The position numbers and the translations under genes are program-made. The notes below the pieces were generated by a model that saw only the letters and a list, made by a program, of their open reading frames with translations, searched no databases and had not been told where the DNA came from. Source: an uncultured euryarchaeote (GTDB taxonomy: Archaea > Thermoplasmatota > Poseidoniia > Poseidoniales > Poseidoniaceae). From it: 10,722 bases of DNA. The DNA lies in contig CALBRH010000043.1 of the NCBI GenBank assembly GCA_937899865.1, forward strand, positions 1-10,722, read 5' to 3'. Positions 1 to 5,201 of this stretch are shown in pieces. Position 1 is the stretch's first letter; every line of letters begins with the position of its first letter.

Positions 1-924
1 TCATGGCAAATGATTCATCGTGGAGATATTGGCGAGACCATTTCAATGTTTATCGCCGAACACTATGCAAATCGGTGTCCACCAAAATTACTGATTACTC
101 CAACTCCACTGTTTGATGGAGTAGAAAACTGGCTTCAAACTAGAAGAGAATCATCGGTAGAAGTAAGAACTCCATCGCGTGGAGATTTTGTCACTTTAAT
201 GCAGTTAGCGGCACAGAATGCTGAAATTCAATTGATTAGATTTGTTAACAAAACAAGCGGTTCTTTGGAAAAACGTGCAGCGGATGATGGTGCTAAATTA
301 CTTGAAATGCAACAATTAAACCATATTGTATGTTTTGATATGGCGCAAATTCAAGGAGACCATAGAGTTGGAGCCAGTGTATGTTTCAAAGATGGTAGAC
401 CGAGTAAAAATGAATATCGTAAATACACTGTGAAAGGAAAACAATTGGATGATTTACGAATGATGAGAGAAGTTGTCGAAAGATGGATGAAACGGCAAAC
501 TGAATGGCCTGATTTGCTTCTATTAGATGGCGGTCAAACCCATTTAGATATGGTTACTAAGATGATATATAATTCGGAATTTGCAAATAAATTCAGCATT
601 GCAGCACTGGCAAAACGAGAAGAAACAATTTATCGAATTGGCAAAGAACCTTTGGTTTTAGACCGACGAGGCAGAGTTTTGATCCATGCTCGGGATGAAG
701 CTCATCGATTCGTAAATTCATTCCATCGACAAAGAAGAAATATGCAAAAATTTTCTGACCCATTAGAAAACATACCGGGATTAGGAGCAAAGAAATTTCA
801 AACCTTAATACGTCATTTTGGGGGGAGAAAGGAAATTATGCACGCTAGTGAAAAGGATATCAAAACAGTACCTGGAATCGGTCCAGCGTTAGCCAAGAGA
901 ATCTTTGAAGCAATTAATTACTAA
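1..924 (+). CDS. uvrC: Excinuclease ABC subunit C, C-terminal part (RNase H-like endonuclease domain plus HhH2); 5'-truncated by the window edge
   Basis: The frame is open from base 1 (tca tgg caa atg). UvrC motifs: VCFDMAQIQG (canonical FDISH), EYRKY, DDLRMMREVVERW, PDLLLLDGGQTHL, IAALAKREE, RDEAHRF, and two HhH motifs (LENIPGLGAKK, IKTVPGIGPALA). Stop TAA at 922-924. Confidence 0.95.
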   Translation, partial: SWQMIHRGDIGETISMFIAEHYANRCPPKLLITPTPLFDGVENWLQTRRESSVEVRTPSRGDFVTLMQLAAQNAEIQLIRFVNKTSGSLEKRAADDGAKLLEMQQLNHIVCFDMAQIQGDHRVGASVCFKDGRPSKNEYRKYTVKGKQLDDLRMMREVVERWMKRQTEWPDLLLLDGGQTHLDMVTKMIYNSEFANKFSIAALAKREETIYRIGKEPLVLDRRGRVLIHARDEAHRFVNSFHRQRRNMQKFSDPLENIPGLGAKKFQTLIRHFGGRKEIMHASEKDIKTVPGIGPALAKRIFEAINY

Positions 925-3900
925 TCAAAACGCTCATCGCCTAAATCAATCATCGGTGGAGGTGATTGATTCGAATATTCCTCGAATTGTTGTAACTCTC
1001 CATGCAAACCTTCGCTCTTGAATCCTTTTAGATCAGCAAACTCACTATCGCCTATTGTAACCTTTGTTGCTTGCTGAGCTGATGCTGCTTTACGCTCTTT
1101 CTTTAATCGCTTCTTACGTCTTCGCCTTCGAATAAATAATGCAAGTAGTAACACTATGAAAGTTGGATAAACCCAAAATTGCATAAAGAGATATAGCCAT
1201 GAAACTTTGACTCTAAATGAAATGGTATCTTCAAATTCACCATCTGGAATATTGTAAGTGATTTTCTGTCTGCCACCTGTTTCAGTTATCGATAGATAAC
1301 CGCCAGTATCTTCCACATCAATTATTGTAATTCCTCTTGGCAGAATAACTGAAACAGGACCATTGATAGATAAATCATAATCTTCTGCAATTGAGGTATT
1401 ACCACTAAATGAAAACGATGTAGTTTCTCCATCTGGACTTGGATAGGTGATTCCGCTACCTGAAACAATACCGTTTGACAGTGATGTACCAAGTAATTCT
1501 GCTGCAGACACCATTGGATTTACAATCAAACCTCTAAAGGCATTAGCAAAGAAATTCAGTTCTAAACTACTAGTATCTCCTTCAATCAATTGGCCGATAT
1601 CTCCATCTAATTCTAATTTAAACTCCACTTCAGGAATCTTAACGCTAAGGGTTATTGGGTCTTCATCACCTATATTTTGATCAAGGCCAGTTAATCCATC
1701 GATTTTGGTTTTAATTTCAAAACCACTTAGGTCTACTTGACCAAATGGTGAATCATCTTGATTGGGTAGATCTGCACCACTTTCATGTATGAAATCAGTA
1801 ATCATTTCGCCAATATCTACTGAAAAATCAGTCAAACCTTCTGGAGTAAAAGCGAATGAAAGATCTCTTTCACATACTGAATAGTCTTGGTCATCATCAC
1901 AAATATTTCCTACGTCATCAAAGGTTTTTGGCTCTGCCAAACGACTTGCGATATCTAATCCAATACGAACCAAGTCTGATGGTGCAGCTTCAAAATTAAC
2001 TTTGGTTGAACCGCTTTGGTTAATCTCTTCAAGTGGAACAATTACTCGATAGATTGAGACTTCGGCATCTAGAGCGAAATCCAAAGATACTGATTGTGAC
2101 CACTCATTGATTCTCAATGCCGAGATATCTAATTCTATTGAACTACTGATACAAGTTCTTTGCACAGTAGTACAAATCACATTCATATCATCATCTCTAA
2201 TTTCGTTTCGCCAATCGTATGGATCTGTTCCTGCTAACGAGATATCGATATCTGAACTTTCTCCCAATGTTTTCTGAAGAGTCAAACGATCATCGCCTTC
2301 AATTGTTCTTACCCAAGTTGGTAATATAATCTCTAGAGTAAGTTCTGCTGGTGGCAAGTCTTCTGGAATAACAGAATCCAGGAAGTCTCCCGGAAGCACA
2401 CTTTCTATTGAAATTCCACTATTGAATAGATTTCTAAGGTCACTTTCTTGAATAACGTCAACATACTTTAACAAATCTCCTTCATCAAAATTATTTTTCA
2501 AAATGTCCAACAAACTACCTGAGAATGGTGCGCTTGTTGAGCGAAGATAAACTGGATATTCATTGCTCATTGCTGATGAGCCACGAACACAATAATGCAA
2601 ATCTTGACCTGGTGGGGCAACTTCAGTACAACCGCTAGTATGGGTATAATTCAGCCCTCCTGCAGTAGCTAATCCATCAGCCAAACTATCTGACACCCAG
2701 TACAGCGAACCCATAGTAATTGCATCTTCGGTGCCCAAAGAATCTGAAATTCCACTGGCGATATCATTTATTGGAAAAGCCGAGGTGAATAAATCCAAAG
2801 GGACTAAGCCGTTATGATAGGCTAATCGAATCCCGTCTGAGGTAACTAAAGGAAGAGTTGCCGACTCGGAGAAATTCAGTAATGAGATTCCCCAATCACT
2901 CATCAAACTATCATTTAGGTAACTGATTCCAGCTACGAAGTCGATTGTCGCTGCTGATTCATCTCTAAGGTCTAAGGTCACGCTCAAATCAATCGCTTTT
3001 GTCCCCTCATCAATACTTACTGTATTCGTCCCAAAAGAACCGTCTCTATGACCTAATCTAACCCAAATTGGCGTCTCAACATTTTCATCTGAGGTTTCAT
3101 CGAGTAAGTCTACTTTCCATTCACCAGCAAAATAAGGCGGAGCACCGGCTCTTGCAACAATTTGTCCATGATCATTATCACTCACCTGTATAATATCTGC
3201 ATAATCAGGAGGTGAGAAAGAATAGTAACCAATTGAACCTGGAATAGTTAGCAAAGTAAAGTCTGCTTCAATCTCTGCACCCATTATCAACATGCCCTGT
3301 AATGCTCTATCGATGTCTGTTCCACCACTAGAATTAAGGCTGAAATTAGTATCAATCAAATCAATAGTCATCGATGAGCCTATACAAATCGGAGGTTGGA
3401 ATGCATTATTCTCACTAGCAAGTTCTCCAGAATATATCGAATCAGAATCTGGATCGGTTGAGCAAGTGGTAGTTATTCCTTGTTGGACTATCTGATTTGT
3501 ATAGTCTGTCAATTGATTAGAAACGTCACCTATCGCTTCCACTGCTGTCTCCAATGCATCATTTAATTCCGTTTTCAGTTGATCTCTAATTGTTGGTGTT
3601 CCTGGCCCATTAAGGCTAGTATCCATATAATTCCTCAGCAAATCTGCTGGTGCTCCATCATCTGAATCTAGATTATCAGCAGCTAATGCCGCTTCTATTG
3701 CTCCACCATCATTGAATCCTAACGCCTCTCTATCAAACTCATGAATCGCCCATACAATATCAAGTTGTATTGTATTGGTATCAACTAACTTGAAATCATA
3801 AGTTCCGTTAATCCAATCCTGTTGTGATTGAGTCATATCATGTGTAGAATTATAATCGTCACAAGTGCCACTATTATTCTGACAGCTAGTCATTCCATCT

Positions 3901-4034
3901 GCAGAAACAAATGGGACAAACAAATGCATCGTAAGCATTGAAATCATGAATAAAATTAGCAAATTCGGCTGATTTGGCCCACTCTTGTTCAACCCCGACA
4001 TAGGTGAGGCTATGACAGTGACATTGAAATTCAT
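921..4034 (-). CDS. Large (~1030-1040 aa) uncharacterised type I membrane / cell-surface protein with three degenerate internal domains
   Basis: Long uninterrupted ORF. Hydrophobic signal-like segment LLILFMISMLTMHLFVPFVSA|DG, acidic ectodomain with five Cys pairs, C-terminal TM (WLYLFMQFWVYPTFIVLLLALFI), then polybasic stop-transfer RRRRRKKRLKKERK. The start is uncertain: ATG 4034 (preceded by AGGGGA) or ATG 4001. The ORF-track start at 4076 overlaps the divergent gene. Confidence 0.88.
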   Translation of the reverse strand: MNFNVTVIASPMSGLNKSGPNQPNLLILFMISMLTMHLFVPFVSADGMTSCQNNSGTCDDYNSTHDMTQSQQDWINGTYDFKLVDTNTIQLDIVWAIHEFDREALGFNDGGAIEAALAADNLDSDDGAPADLLRNYMDTSLNGPGTPTIRDQLKTELNDALETAVEAIGDVSNQLTDYTNQIVQQGITTTCSTDPDSDSIYSGELASENNAFQPPICIGSSMTIDLIDTNFSLNSSGGTDIDRALQGMLIMGAEIEADFTLLTIPGSIGYYSFSPPDYADIIQVSDNDHGQIVARAGAPPYFAGEWKVDLLDETSDENVETPIWVRLGHRDGSFGTNTVSIDEGTKAIDLSVTLDLRDESAATIDFVAGISYLNDSLMSDWGISLLNFSESATLPLVTSDGIRLAYHNGLVPLDLFTSAFPINDIASGISDSLGTEDAITMGSLYWVSDSLADGLATAGGLNYTHTSGCTEVAPPGQDLHYCVRGSSAMSNEYPVYLRSTSAPFSGSLLDILKNNFDEGDLLKYVDVIQESDLRNLFNSGISIESVLPGDFLDSVIPEDLPPAELTLEIILPTWVRTIEGDDRLTLQKTLGESSDIDISLAGTDPYDWRNEIRDDDMNVICTTVQRTCISSSIELDISALRINEWSQSVSLDFALDAEVSIYRVIVPLEEINQSGSTKVNFEAAPSDLVRIGLDIASRLAEPKTFDDVGNICDDDQDYSVCERDLSFAFTPEGLTDFSVDIGEMITDFIHESGADLPNQDDSPFGQVDLSGFEIKTKIDGLTGLDQNIGDEDPITLSVKIPEVEFKLELDGDIGQLIEGDTSSLELNFFANAFRGLIVNPMVSAAELLGTSLSNGIVSGSGITYPSPDGETTSFSFSGNTSIAEDYDLSINGPVSVILPRGITIIDVEDTGGYLSITETGGRQKITYNIPDGEFEDTISFRVKVSWLYLFMQFWVYPTFIVLLLALFIRRRRRKKRLKKERKAASAQQATKVTIGDSEFADLKGFKSEGLHGELQQFEEYSNQSPPPMIDLGDERFD

Positions 4035-4045
4035 TCCCCTTGTGG

Positions 4046-4056
4046 ATTTATCATGA
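4046..4056. promoter_or_regulatory. Candidate promoter element in a divergent intergenic region (TTTATCA overlapping the palindrome TCATGA)
   Basis: ATTTATCATGA at 4046-4056, about 27-37 nt upstream of the taw2 GTG (4083). This is the spacing expected for an archaeal TATA element on a leaderless transcript. Positional inference only. Confidence 0.3.
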
Positions 4057-4082
4057 CTGGGGGCACAAATCAGCAAAATGAT

Positions 4083-5201
4083 GTGTCCTCCATATTAGTT
4101 GACAAAACTATTGCATCATTAATCCATCAAAGATTAATCGAAGAAAATCTACTTGATTACCGATTCAAGATTAAGGATATTGGCAACCAAGTTGCTATTC
4201 CTATTGTAAACCTTGAACAACTAAAACAGCTAAATTGGTTTAATGATGATTCATTTGTTACTGAGATTGTAGAGTTAGAAATGAAAAATATGAATCAAAT
4301 CCCCGCTCAAAAAATAGTCTCACAAATTAACACATTTTTCAAACAAAACTCAATACCTATTACTCAAGATATGCTAGATAATTTACCCAAAAAATGGGAG
4401 ATTTTCGGTGATTTAGCAATAATCCCTAATGATTCAGCAAACTCAATAGAATGGCGCAGAAAACTTGCTAATGATGAATCATTAACTGAGAAAATATGGC
4501 AAATAATCGCTGAATGCATCAATGTTTCTAGAATAGCAAGGCAGGCTGAAATTGCCGATGATAAAATCCGCTCATCCCAAGTGAAAATGATAAAAGGAGA
4601 TTCTGGAGAAGTTGAATTCCTTGATAATGGTGTTAAATTTTGGTTGGATGTAACCAAAGTTATGTTTTCATCAGGGAATGTCACTGAAAGACATAGGATT
4701 GGTGACATAGATATGGGTGGTGAAGTTGTAGTTGATGCTTTTGCCGGCATTGGATATTACACTCTACCAATGTTGGTACGCTCTAATGCAAAATACGTCT
4801 ATGCTTGTGAAATAAATCCAAATTCAATCATGGCTCTTACTCGTGGTGCTGAACTAAATCAAGTCTTAGACCGCCTAACAATTGTCGAAGGAGACAATCA
4901 AGAGACTTTGCAAAGTTTATCAGGAATTGCTGATAGAGTTCACTTAGGAATTCTTCCTTCTTCACAAAACACATGGAAATTAGCAATTGACTGTCTAAAG
5001 ACAACTGGAGGAATAATCCATATTCACATGAATGTTAAAGAAAGTGAAATAGAGGATTTTAGTGATTACTGTGTTGGTGAACTTAAGCAATATGCCATAA
5101 ATCAATGTGGTTTTGAAAATGTTTCATTACAACACATTGAGAAGGTAAAATGGTACGCCCCTCATATCAGACATATCGTTCTTGATGTTGCTATTCAATA
5201 A
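4083..5201 (+). CDS. taw2: Trm5/TYW2-family SAM-dependent tRNA enzyme, most likely Taw2/TYW2 (tRNA-Phe 4-demethylwyosine aminocarboxypropyltransferase), with a Trm5-like N-terminal D1 domain
   Basis: Motifs LPKKWEIFGD, LDVTKVMFSSGNVTERHRI, SAM motif VVVDAFAGIGYY, YACEINP, EGDN, IADRVHLGILPSS, GGIIHIH, KVKWYAPHIRHIVLD match the Taw2/TYW2 pattern as I recall it. The Trm5 MNLP motif is absent. Start is GTG 4083 or ATG 4053 (same frame). Confidence 0.8.
   Translation: MSSILVDKTIASLIHQRLIEENLLDYRFKIKDIGNQVAIPIVNLEQLKQLNWFNDDSFVTEIVELEMKNMNQIPAQKIVSQINTFFKQNSIPITQDMLDNLPKKWEIFGDLAIIPNDSANSIEWRRKLANDESLTEKIWQIIAECINVSRIARQAEIADDKIRSSQVKMIKGDSGEVEFLDNGVKFWLDVTKVMFSSGNVTERHRIGDIDMGGEVVVDAFAGIGYYTLPMLVRSNAKYVYACEINPNSIMALTRGAELNQVLDRLTIVEGDNQETLQSLSGIADRVHLGILPSSQNTWKLAIDCLKTTGGIIHIHMNVKESEIEDFSDYCVGELKQYAINQCGFENVSLQHIEKVKWYAPHIRHIVLDVAIQ

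Noticed and set aside
958-966. Perfect Shine-Dalgarno-like GGAGGTGAT on the + strand (and GGAGGAGGGG at 5221-5230)
   Set aside because: Both are reverse complements of Pro codon runs in the minus-strand tails. After the first there is only a 9-codon TTG frame with poor spacing.
4035-4082. Apparent head-to-head overlap of the 921..4076 and 4053..5201 ORFs
   Set aside because: A longest-ORF artefact. Downstream starts (4034 or 4001; 4083) remove the overlap and match the signal peptide and domain boundaries.
4364-4750. 128-aa antisense ORF inside taw2
   Set aside because: Ser/Ile-rich with no recognisable motifs, and nested opposite a well-conserved gene.
4083-5201. Annotation as Trm5 (m1G37 methyltransferase)
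   Set aside because: It lacks the Trm5 MNLP motif and instead carries the Taw2/TYW2-type MFSxGNxxE, GDN, ADR and YAPxxxHxVLD motifs.
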